A stretch of DNA of 63,037 bases, counting the filler, from Basidiobolus ranarum (taxonomy: Eukaryota), in NCBI GenBank assembly GCA_040143965.1. It is 41 parts of 41 records of this genome, joined end to end, with 100 filler letters (N's around TTAATTAATTAA, not from the genome) between each part and the next. Parts side by side here need not be neighbours in the genome. Positions count along the whole stretch, not along the records: positions 12,361 to 13,803 come from JASJQH010005171.1; positions 13,904 to 15,346 come from JASJQH010005172.1; positions 15,447 to 16,889 come from JASJQH010005173.1; positions 16,990 to 18,432 come from JASJQH010005174.1; positions 18,533 to 19,974 come from JASJQH010005175.1; positions 20,075 to 21,516 come from JASJQH010005176.1; positions 21,617 to 23,058 come from JASJQH010005177.1; 34 more parts are not named here. The stretch is one strand, 5' to 3'. Under the pieces are notes generated by a model that was not told the origin of the DNA, did no database searches, and saw only the letters and a list, made by a program, of their open reading frames with translations. The position numbers and the translations under genes were made by a program. Below are positions 12,395 to 23,058 of the stretch, piece after piece (position 1 is the first letter of the stretch; the number at the start of each line of letters is the position of its first letter).

Positions 12395-12940
12395 TGTCAC
12401 AATAAGGAACTGGACAAGGACTGGGAACAACAACAAGAGGCTAGAAGGCAGGAGAGTACTTGGGTGTAGACTATAAGACAAGACAAGACAAGACTGGAGA
12501 AGGAAGATACTTTGGCAAGAATCTTTATTGATAACTGGCGTTGATCAGACTGATGTCTGATCAAGGAATACATGGGGCTTATATAGATATTGCAAGGTGA
12601 AACATAATATACTTAATAGGGAATATACTGTGGCAAGTTCAAGCATCGAGATGTTGGGGGCTATGAGGACCAATACAAAGAGGGATGATGTAAGAATGAT
12701 ATAAGGATGATCAGGTGACTTTCCATGGAAGGTCTTGATGGAAATACACTCTATGTGAGATGACATAATTGGTTAGGTTTTGTGGAATGTTCCAAAGAAC
12801 CTGACTTCCATATAAGGTAATTAGGATGAACTGACACCAGATTGCTGAGAAGGGATGGCACAGCAGATTTGATATCATAATGTAATAATAGAGGAGTTCT
12901 ATTTGTAGTGGATCAGTATGCTGAGATCAGAATCGTGACA
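12395..12940 (-). repeat. LTR-E, complete 546-bp Ty3/gypsy 5' LTR (TGTCAC...GTGACA)
   Basis: Terminal inverted repeat, TATATAAG at 12585-12578, AATAAA at 12529-12524. Other copies at 26241-26483, 36284-36778, 56531-56899, 57000-57312. Confidence 0.9.
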
Positions 12941-13692
12941 GTTTGCTTCTATTATGAAACGTGGAATTTTTAGCTAATTTGATACAGCTTGGATTATCTT
13001 TAAATATTGTGTTTGGTGAATTTTGAGAATAACCCAAATCTGTTAAGAGTTTTCTTACCCATATTGCTTCTTTTATTGCTTTGCAGGCAGCCACACATTC
13101 AGCTTCTGTGGTTGAAAGTGCTATGTTAGGTTGTTTCTTTGAGTTCCAAGAAATAGCTCCATTTCAGTAAAGGAATAAGTAACCTGTTGTAGAACTCCTA
13201 TCTTCAATATCTCTTCCCCAATATGCATCTGAATATCCCATCAGATCAAAGTTTGATCCAGAATATATGTATTTTAAGCATGGATCCACAGTACCTTTCA
13301 AATATCTGAAAATCCACTTAACTGCTATGATTTGATCAGATCCATAATTTTAAAGATATTGGCACATAACTCCCGCAGAATATGCAATATACGGCCATAT
13401 TCTAACCATAATATATATCATACTACTAACCATGGCTTGAAAAGGAAATTTCTGGTTTTCATTTGAATCCAAGAACATCTGATTTGAGCCATGTTTAGTC
13501 AAGTTAAGATTTGTCTCCATTAGGGTAGATATTGGATAATGTTCTTACATTTTAAACTTCTTTAGTATATCCAGGATATACTTAGACTGGTTTAAAGTTA
13601 TTGTTTTGTTAGTTCCATCTATCTTAATTTGAATTTCAACATAGTATGTCAGTTTCCCAAGATCAATCATTTTGAATTCAGCAGAGAGGCTG
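12941..13692 (-). mobile_element. Copia RT C-terminus/RNase H (LTR-C family)
   Basis: [55 protein letters not shown]. Confidence 0.9.
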
Positions 13693-14069
13693 TGTTGTGC
13701 ACCAACATACAAAGTTGTTTAACTTACGCCATATCTATACAACTTGCATGAATATCTGTTTAGTTTATCATTCTTGCTAACTAGTCATCTGACCTTATCC
13801 AGTNNNNNNNNNNNNNNNNNNNNNNNNNNNNNNNNNNNNNNNNNNNNTTAATTAATTAANNNNNNNNNNNNNNNNNNNNNNNNNNNNNNNNNNNNNNNNN
13901 NNNATACAGAAATTCGGTTGAAATACAAGAGAATTTAGCATGCTCCCTGGTGGAAAGAATATTTTGTTGACTAGTATGTGTCTGGTTCACCTAGTACATC
14001 CTTAAGTTTATAAACTTTCTCTGCAGAAGTGCAAGTCAAATTGACTTGAATTGTAATGTCAAGTATATT

Positions 14070-15346
14070 GTTAATACCATCAGCTTTATAGTGAGTACTT
14101 TGGTATTGGATAAATGATCTATGTTTGGGTGATTTCATCAAAACTTTAAGATGGGGAAGCAATGTAATGTAGGCCTAACATGAACAATATTTAACTGATT
14201 CAGTGAGTGCCAATTGTGTGCAAATAGTACATGACTGCAGGATTTTCAGATCACCAGTGAAAGCCAAACAACCATTTGGACATGAAGATAATTTAATTAC
14301 TGAAGGATTATAAGACTTATGATTGACAAGTGTTTCCACTTGTACCAGGTCTGTGACAAGTAACAGTTGCCAATTGACTTTTGTAAAAGTGTAAGAAAAC
14401 CAATAAACACCTGGTTGCTAAGATTTGATTGAACCCTCCACTCCTCAATAATCAAAGCTCCTTCCTTTACAGTAAGTGCTATGAGTGCACTAGTGTTTGC
14501 TAATAATAAAGAGTCCTTAACAAAACCATTGTCTTCTTCTTCAGCATCTGAAACACTACTATTGGTTATGGATTAACCAAGATTAACATCCAGCAGCAAG
14601 TCCTCAAACTTGTCTGCACTTACTGGTTTAACCAAAGTTGTATTTCTACCTACATCATTCTGGTCATATAACTGTGGTAACTCCATGGTATCTTGACTTT
14701 TGGCAGTGTTACCAAAACTGTGATGTAAAGTACAGTCAGTGGACTCAATGGACAAAACTAAAGCTGACTTAGTGCACTTATTACTGTTGTTTTACACCAA
14801 GCTTTGTGCAGCTGGTACATTTGGACAGTGACAACGCTTGTGATTATTCTTCTATGAAGCCTCTGGCTTTCATAGCACAAGAATTAGTGAAAATAATAGC
14901 AGTGCTTCATGACAAGGATATTGTGGAAAAAGAACACCTCCCACATAAGGGTGGTATTATGGGTATAGCCCATCAATATCATCAGCTGATTGTGAGACAG
15001 TGTCACAAATGAGTCAACAGGGGATTTACAAGATATTTCCGGTAATAGTTGGCAATTTTGGTTTATTATAAGCTGTTACACCAAGTTTACCATCTGAAAA
15101 CTTCAATGTGGGTTTTTGCAAGCAAATAGCAATTGGGCTAGCATAGGCCTAATCATGAAACATCTCAAAAATATATGCAATTATATACTTTGATAAGAAA
15201 GACAAGCAGCTAAAGGAGTACTCAAGGAGCAGGAAGTTTGTAAACCCAAGGGAAAAGCAAAGGAGTCAGTGAGCTTAGGCTCTGCTGTCCCACTTACAAA
15301 ATTCTTCACACCATTACAAAGATCTGCATTTCCAGAGTCAGATATA
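14070..15346. mobile_element. CACTA-like fragment: transposase 5' part (-), intergenic region, internally deleted ORF2 (+); preceded by a copia remnant at 13904-14069
   Basis: SCPNGCLAFTGDLK, PHLKVLMKSPKHRSFIQYQ. ORF2 jumps from its ATG to its middle at about 15108. Confidence 0.8.
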
Positions 15347-15446
15347 NNNNNNNNNNNNNNNNNNNNNNNNNNNNNNNNNNNNNNNNNNNNTTAATTAATT
15401 AANNNNNNNNNNNNNNNNNNNNNNNNNNNNNNNNNNNNNNNNNNNN

Positions 15447-15868
15447 GGTAAAGCATATTGATGTTGTTGAGTTATGTCTAATCAGTCAAATATGTGCATA
15501 TGTAGAGACTAAATACAACAAGTTTCTTGTATTTTTTGATTCTCATTATGGCAGGAATACAAAGCCTAAAATATCTAAATAAAGGCATGCATTTTAATTT
15601 GAATTCCTACAGCAGTAAACCCAGTAATTTGCCATTCGAAAATTATATTTTTGCAAAAATTGCTGGATATTGAATAATGCATGCCAAATTTGAGGATCAA
15701 TATTTTAACATGTATGAATACCATTAAGATACTGTCAAGAAACTGCCGTCACACCATCAAAATCCCTGGCAGAATGCAAGCCAACAATATTGTGATGGTT
15801 CTCTGATGGTTTTGCTATTTTAGAGGGTGGATCCAATCCGGATCAAATTGATTTTATTTTTGTTAGGG
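15447..15868 (+). mobile_element. CACTA-like right end
   Basis: Transposase stop, subterminal repeats, ends TTTTTGTTAGGG at 15868. Confidence 0.9.
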
Positions 15869-16171
15869 AATTATTATTCCTTTCAGATAGCATATTATCT
15901 GTTTCATAGCTATACAATGTTCCATTGCAGGATTTTCCATATATTTGCTTACTATGCTTACTGCTGCAGCAATATCAGGCCTAGTACCAGTTGATGCATA
16001 TATAAGACTTCCAACTGCACTACAGTAAGGACTATGTTTCATGATTGCAGTATCTTCAGAGGTCTTTGGTTCCATATCCTTAGTAAGTTTCAGCATATGT
16101 AGTAGATTTGAAGCTGATTTATATTCTGGCATACTGAATCTGTTTAAAACATATCTAATATATTTTTCTTA
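15869..16171 (-). mobile_element. Copia RT C-terminal fragment between two CACTA right ends
   Basis: PYCSAVGSLIYASTGTRPDIAAAVS..YLKG. Confidence 0.9.
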
Positions 16172-16889
16172 CCCTCACAAAAATAAAATCAGTTTGATCT
16201 GGACCAGATCCACCCTCCAAAATAGCAAAACCATCTGAGAACCATCACAATATTGTTGGCTTGAATTCTGCCAGGGATTTTGATGGTGTGATGGTGGCTT
16301 CTTAACAGTATTTTAATGGTATTCATATATGTTAAAATATTGATCCACAAATTTGGCGTGCATTATTCAATATCCGGCAATTTTTGCAAAAATATAATTT
16401 TTGAATGGCAAATTACTAGGTTTACTGCTGTAGGAATTTGAATTAATATGCATGCCCTTATTTAGATATTTTAGGCTTTGTATTCCAGCCATAATGAGAA
16501 TCAAAAAATACAAGAATCTCATTGTATTTAGTCTCTACATATGCACATACTTGACTGATTAGACATGACTCAACAACATCAATATGATTTACCAGCAAAC
16601 TGACAGTGGAAAATTGTCAAACATCTGAAATTTTGAATAGCACTGATACTTTGCAAATAGCTGACTCTTGTTACTGTTCACAATGACAATAAGCTCTTGG
16701 ATTTTGGCAAATTTCTATAAAGAATTCAGCTAATATATTCCTGACTTGCAGTCAACAAATGTCCTGCCACAAGTAGATGTGTCATTGCTTGAATACTTTA
16801 CCACATGGCTAAAACAATAATACTGCATATCTACATCTATCTCACCAAAAAGTCTGTCTTGCAGCTTTCCTAAAAATACCGTCAGATTA
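16172..16889 (-). mobile_element. CACTA-like right end, inverted
   Basis: Starts CCCTCACAAAAATAAAATC, the reverse complement of the 15868 end. Confidence 0.9.
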
Positions 16890-16989
16890 NNNNNNNNNNN
16901 NNNNNNNNNNNNNNNNNNNNNNNNNNNNNNNNNTTAATTAATTAANNNNNNNNNNNNNNNNNNNNNNNNNNNNNNNNNNNNNNNNNNNN

Positions 16990-18432
16990 ATCATTACGGT
17001 GTTCTCCCTGCGATTCCCTTGTTGTAATAATTCTATTGAAATTATATATGGAGGGCTGTTCAAAGTGGGCAAAGTAGCCATTTTGGAAGTTGATGGTCTT
17101 GACAGTGTTTGGTTGAACTTTGCTCAACTTTTGATTTACCATGTAATTGGGGGATTACATTCTCTTCACTTGCACTATTGCTGGAAAGGAACACATCTGG
17201 TAAATTGATTAAAGCTTCATCATTACTTGAGTTAGTTTCCGGCCTGTTAATGCCTTCCAAAGTGGATAGTGGATTGCTAGACTGCTCATCAATTGAGTCC
17301 TCTGTTCTTGCTGGTTTTTTTCCTTTTGTGCCAGCAGGCTTTGGCTTGGAAGCCAATTTTGACTTAGATTTTGAACGCTTTTTGAATGGCATTGAGATTT
17401 TCAGATGGTAAACTTGATGTAATGAAATTGCTTAGAAACAGCTTATAATAAACCAAAATTGCCATCTATTACCGGAAATATCTTGTAAATCCCCTGATGA
17501 CTCATCTGTGACACTGTCTCAGAATCAGCTGATGATATTGATGGGCTATACCTACAATACCTCTCTTACAAGAGAGGTGTTCTTTTTTCCACAATATCCT
17601 TCTCATGCCACCACATAAATGTTTAAAGAAGCCCTGCTATTATTGTTGCAAATTCTTGTGCTATGAAAGCTGGAGGCTTCATAGAATAATAATAACAAGC
17701 ATGGTCACTGTACAAAGCCACCAGCAGCACAAAGCCTGGTGTATAACAACAGTAATAAGTGGGCTAAATCAACTTTAGTTTTGCCTATAGAGTCCACTGA
17801 CTGCAGTTTGCCTCAAAGCTTTGGGAACACTGCCAAAAGTCAAGATACCATGGAGTTACCACAGTTATATGACCAGAATGATGTAGTTCAAAATGTAACT
17901 TTGGTCAAACCAGTAAGTCCAGACAACTTTGAGGACTTGCTGCTAGATGTTGACCATGGTTATTCCAGTACCAATGGTAGTATAGCAGAAGTTGAAGAAG
18001 AAGACAATGGTTCTGTTACTGACTCTTTGTTATTGTCAAGCATTAGTCCACTCATGACACTTAGAGTAAAGGAAGCAGCTATAATATTGAGGAGTGGAGA
18101 GTTCAATCCAATCTTAGCAACCAGATGTTTATTGGTTTTCTTACAATTTTACCACAGTTGATTGGCAACTGTTGCATGCCACAGACCTGGTACAAGTGGA
18201 TAAAACTTGTCATTTGTATGACTTATAATCCTTCAGTAATTAAATTGCCTTCATGTCCAAATGGTTGTTTGGCTTTCACTGGTGATCTGAAAAACCTGAA
18301 TCATGTACTGTTTGCACACAATTGGCAATCACTAAATCAGGTAAATATTGTTCACATTTGGCTTGCATACCATAGATTCCCCATCTTAAAGTTTTGATAA
18401 AATCACCCAAATATAGAAGTATAGATCATTGC
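16990..18432. mobile_element. CACTA-like central region: ORF2 (-, ATG 17392) head-to-head with transposase (+, ATG 17605)
   Basis: ORF2 starts MPFKKRSKSKSKLASKPK. Transposase starts MPPHKCLKKPCYYC.KFL.YESWRLH and continues to SCPNGCLAFTGDL. Confidence 0.88.
17393..17604. promoter_or_regulatory. Putative bidirectional promoter between ORF2 and the transposase
   Basis: Conserved ~212-bp spacer between divergent ATGs in 5 copies. Function is inferred from position only. Confidence 0.5.
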
Positions 18433-18532
18433 NNNNNNNNNNNNNNNNNNNNNNNNNNNNNNNNNNNNNNNNNNNNTTAATTAATTAANNNNNNNNNNNN
18501 NNNNNNNNNNNNNNNNNNNNNNNNNNNNNNNN

Positions 18533-18865
18533 AAACCTTGGGTATGAAGAACTCTATAAAAATAATCAGGAGAATATATCAAAGAAACTAGGGATTTCAA
18601 AGATGACAAATTTGGATATAAGTGGTAATTGTGTAAAATTTGAGTTACATTTTTGCACATGTGTTGATCCATAGTTCTCTGAGATTGTAGCTAATCATGC
18701 ACAACTATTTTGTGAGATCTTGAAATTTCACTCCTGAAACTGAAAAAATTGATTAAAATCAAATACAACTTGATGATTTTATGACAGTAAGTAAACAATC
18801 AGTCCCATATGGATTGAAATTGTAACAGTTTTCCTACAATGACAATCCTCAAATTCCTGTTAGGG
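18533..18865 (-). mobile_element. CACTA-like left end
   Basis: Ends AATTCCTGTTAGGG at 18865, followed by a copia RT remnant (18866-19106, -). Confidence 0.88.
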
Positions 18866-19106
18866 TGATATAGCTAGGATATACTTGGATTGGTTTAAAG
18901 TCATAATGTTAGCAGTTCTGTCTATCTTAACTTAGACTCTGACATATTATGTCAGTTCACCAAGATCAGTTATTTTTAATTCAGCCAATAAGCTCCATCT
19001 GATTTTCTCAAAAGTTTTCAAGTTCTTGGTTGTCATAAAAGATTATCTATGTATTAGATTAATAAAACTGGACCTTTCTTATCTGGCATGTAGTAGATAC
19101 TTTAGC

Positions 19107-19917
19107 CCCTAATAAAAAAAAAACAATTTGATCTGGATGGGATCTACCCTCTGAAATAGCAAAACCATCAGGGAACCATCACAATATTGGTGGCTTGCAT
19201 TGTGCCAGGAATTTTGATGGTGAAATAACAGTTTCTTGATGGAATTTTGATTGTATTCATACATAATACAATATTGATCCTAAAATATGGCATGCATCAT
19301 TCAATATCCAGCAATTTTTGCAAAAAATTATTTTCAAATGGCAAATTACTGGGTTCACTGCTGCAGGAATTCAAATTAATATGCATGCCTTTATTTAGAT
19401 ATTTTATGCTTTGAATTCCAGCCATAATGAGTATCAAAAAATACATGAATCTTGTTGTGTTTAGTCTCTACTTACGCACATTCTTGACAGATTAGACATA
19501 GCTCAACAACATCAATATGCTTTACCAGCAAACTAATGGTGGAAAAATTACTAAACATCTGAAATTTTGAATGGCACTGCCACTTGGCAAATAGATGACT
19601 CTTGTTACCATTCACAAGGAGAATAAGCTCTTGGATTTTGGCAAATTTCCATAAAGAAATCAGCCAATATATCCCCAACTGGCAGTCAACAAATGTCCAG
19701 CCACAGGTAGATGTGTCATTGCTTGAATAGATTACCCCATGGCTAAAACTATAATACTGTGTATCACCATCTATCTCACCAAGTAGTATGTCTTGCAGCT
19801 TTCCTAAAATACCAGCAGATTATTACACAAGCAAATTAGTCCATTTATAGAGGTACTTACTCTGTGTCCATGGATTGGGCTTTGTTGCTGTTATTGTGCT
19901 CAAACAATGCAAAAACC
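19107..19917 (-). mobile_element. CACTA-like right end and transposase 3' part, then an LTR-B end at about 19918-19974
   Basis: CCCTAAT start, GIYWLISLWKFAKIQELIL. Confidence 0.85.
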
Positions 19918-20074
19918 CAATTTGGAAAATATGACTTGTTTAAAGGAACTTTAGAAAAGTGGAGTTATGAATAGNNNNNNNNNNNNNNNNNNNNNNNNNN
20001 NNNNNNNNNNNNNNNNNNTTAATTAATTAANNNNNNNNNNNNNNNNNNNNNNNNNNNNNNNNNNNNNNNNNNNN

Positions 20075-20547
20075 ATATAAGAGGTATTTCATGTTGAAAA
20101 TGGGAAGTATTCGAAAGGATTCTAATGGATTTTGCCATTCTAGAGATAAACGAGGATAAGATTCCCGATTGGAATAGGTGAAGAACCAATGGTTTAGTCG
20201 TTACTCACAATCCTCTTTACTAAACTCTTTCTTCTACAGAGCTGAGCTCCACATCAATGTGATAGAAAAATCCAAAGATATGAAAATAGACGGTAATGAA
20301 TGGTTGTCAATGATACGTTGTTGGTATTATCTTGATTAACAACCCTTTAGCTTCACAAATGCTTAGAAAAATCTTCGCACCTGGTATAGAACTAGGTCGA
20401 CGCTACATCAGAAGTTGGCAAGATGGAACACAAGCCCAATTTCTTAACCGATTCTCTCATAGTATGATCCAAGGTGACGGTCTTGTGTTGGCGAAAAGAA
20501 GCCTTTTAAGAATGGTAGAGATCTGGAAAAGAGATAGAAATGAATAG
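20075..20547 (+). CDS. 3' part of an intron-rich hypothetical protein gene (exons 20144-20177, 20240-20292, 20351-20547; introns 20084-20143, 20178-20239, 20293-20350)
   Basis: Three GT-AG introns of 58-62 nt with branch-like CTAA/TTAAC. Splicing gives one open frame EINEDKIPDWNRAELHINVIEKSKDMKIDASQMLRKIFAPGIELGRRYIRSWQDGTQ...RNE*. CpG is not depleted. Confidence 0.8.
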
Positions 20548-20645
20548 CACCATGAATTGCACTCTAATTTGGTTTTGGAGAAAATACCCAATGTACATGT
20601 TCATCATTTTGTAATAGTTCTTTTATTTAAACACATGCATAAATT

Positions 20646-21516
20646 TCATAATCTACCAATGTCATATTCTTGAATTTCTTGGACCAAAATCGATGGCTCA
20701 GGTTTGCTGGCAGTTATATGAACTGGAATTCCAAGCTTTATCAGATGATCCCGAGTGGTAGGTCCAATAGCAGCAATGCGAGCGTATGATAATAAGCCAG
20801 AGTGTTGAATCGCCTCCAAGGTCATGTCCACTCCAGAGGGACTGAAATATACTAGCCAATTGATTCCGGGATTGTTCTGAACTAGATCATTCAGCTCATG
20901 TGAGATGCTGGGGGATGGTTCAGTTCTATACACTGTAAGTTCGTGAATGGGTATATTGGCTGCACCTAGACGTGTAGGAAGTACATCTCGACGTTTATCA
21001 CCAGACAAAAATAATAATGATTGTTCCGGAATCTTATTTGCGACCTCTGGGTGATTAGGAATAAAGTTCTCGATAATATCTTTGGATAACTCCGTTGCTA
21101 CACCAGTCTCCTCACCAAAGCATTGGAAGCCAAGGCTTTCTGCATGTTTAGCAGTAGCTTTACCTACCGTAATGAACGGAAGGGACAACCACCTTTTTCT
21201 ACTATCCTCATCTATGTCACAAAAACCAAGTTAATTAAAGGTTAAGAATAAAAGATGAGGAATATTATATCTTGTTGTTGATACCTTCTTTCCCAAAGCA
21301 TTGATCTAACCCGATTTTCAAAGACTCCACTGCCCGTTGACTGGTAGCTAATATTCCCCAATAATGTTGAACTGGATCTTGTTCGAGTATCTTTGTTAGA
21401 GAGGAGATGTTGACGGGGGTATGAGTTATGATGGGAAGAAAGAGTGCTTGACGGCTGTTTTGTACAAGATACTTCTCGTATAAATCATTCGGGGCTTTTT
21501 CGCGAAGTAATAAGAT
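20646..21516 (-). CDS. HEM4: Uroporphyrinogen-III synthase, 5'-partial (exons 21516-21285 and 21211-20646, 73-nt intron 21212-21284)
   Basis: ILLLREK..DLYEK, ILATSQRAVE, TVGKATA, LFLSGDKRRDVLP, VYRT, VYFSPSGV, AAIGPTT, ASKPEP. The GT..TAG splice joins the frames. Confidence 0.93.
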
Positions 21517-21616
21517 NNNNNNNNNNNNNNNNNNNNNNNNNNNNNNNNNNNNNNNNNNNNTTAATTAATTAANNNNNNNNNNNNNNNNNNNNNNNNNNNN
21601 NNNNNNNNNNNNNNNN

Positions 21617-21940
21617 GGATGTGGTTTGGAGAATTAGAGGAATTGGTGGTTTTCACTTTTTGATTTATTGAGTAGAAAGTTGACTTTTATAGTCTTGTCA
21701 AGATGTAAACAAACTAACATGTAGAATATGTTAAGGAAGGGCCCAGGAACATGTGTGCAAAGTTTGGGGCTTCTAGCACAAGTTTGAAAAATCTATATAT
21801 CCAAGAACTTCTAAGTTGGTACACATATTCTAAGTAAATTCCAATTGAGAATAATTGATAACATCTTAGTGATTTATAAGATAACTAAGTACTAGGCTAT
21901 ATATGACTATATAGGTGTTTAGGCAATGCTAATTTTAACA
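21617..21940 (-). repeat. LTR-C, near complete, inserted in a CACTA transposase
   Basis: Aligns to the reverse complement of 54387-54725. Confidence 0.85.
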
Positions 21941-22756
21941 AATGAAAGCCAGAGGCTTCATAGAAACATAATCACAAGTATGGTCACTGTACAAAGCCAC
22001 CTGCTGCACAAAACCAGGGGAATCTCAACAGTAATAAGTGCACAAAATCAACTTTAGTTTTGCCCACTGAGTCTACTGTCTATGCTTGGCCTCAGAGTTT
22101 TGGTAACACTGGCAAAAGTCAAGAAACAATGTAATTACCAGAGTTATATGACCAAAATGCTATTGGAACAAATACAACTTTGGTCAGACCAGTAAGTCCA
22201 GACCACTTGGAGAACATGCTGCCAGATGTTGACCTTGGTCATTCCAGTACTGATGGTAATATATCAGAAGTTGAAGTAGAAAGCCATGGTCTCACTAAGG
22301 ACTCTTTGTTATTGGCAAGCATTAGTCCACTCATAACACTAGCACTAAAGGAAGTGGCTCTGTTTATTGAGGAGTGGGGAGTTCAATCCAATATTAGCAA
22401 CCAGGTGTTTATTGGTTTTCTTACACTTTTACCACAGTTGATGTTGTTTGGCTTTCACTGATGATCTGAAAAACCTGATGTCATGTACTGCTTGTACATA
22501 ATTGGCAATCACTTGCTCAGGTAAATATTGTTTGTATTCTGCAGAAATACCATTAATTCCCCATCTTAAAGTCTTGATGAAATCACTGAAATATAGATCC
22601 TTGATCCAATATCAAAGTACTCACCATAAAGTGGATGGAATTACCAAAATACATGATGAATATCATTACCCAAATCTAAAAAGTCAAGGTTTCTTTGAAA
22701 ACCTGTATGATTATGCATTTGCATTGGCTCTAGATGGTTTCTCACTAAACAAATAT
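21941..22756 (+). mobile_element. CACTA-like transposase N-terminal fragment with an internal deletion
   Basis: EEWGVQSNISNQVFIGFL, QGFFENLYDYAFALALDGFS. Confidence 0.85.
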
Positions 22757-23058
22757 TCTTGGGAAAATATGGGCTGTTTGGAGGAACTTTACAAAAGTGG
22801 AGTTGTGAATAGCTTTGTGAGATAATTATTTATTGTCCAGAAATAGAGCATTTATGCTTTTTTGTGAAAATACAGAAAGCTAACATTGGGGTTGTGTTCA
22901 GAACATCTGTGGGAGTATAATGAGCTATCTTTGCAGCAATTTGGACGAGTTTGAAATTTCCAATATGGAATTGCTAATTCTCACATTATTCACATATATA
23001 TATAATATATGTTCCAATTATCAGCTAAGTGATATTTGACTAAGTAATGTTAACTAAC
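22757..23058 (-). repeat. LTR-B fragment
   Basis: Reverse complement of about 55945-56241. Confidence 0.8.

Noticed and set aside
12390..12945. CAAAC/GTTTG flanks extending the LTR-E inverted repeat, suggesting a TIR element
   Set aside because: One flank is copia RNase H coding sequence (RSK-H) and the other is the PBS. Other copies end at TGTCAC/GTGACA.
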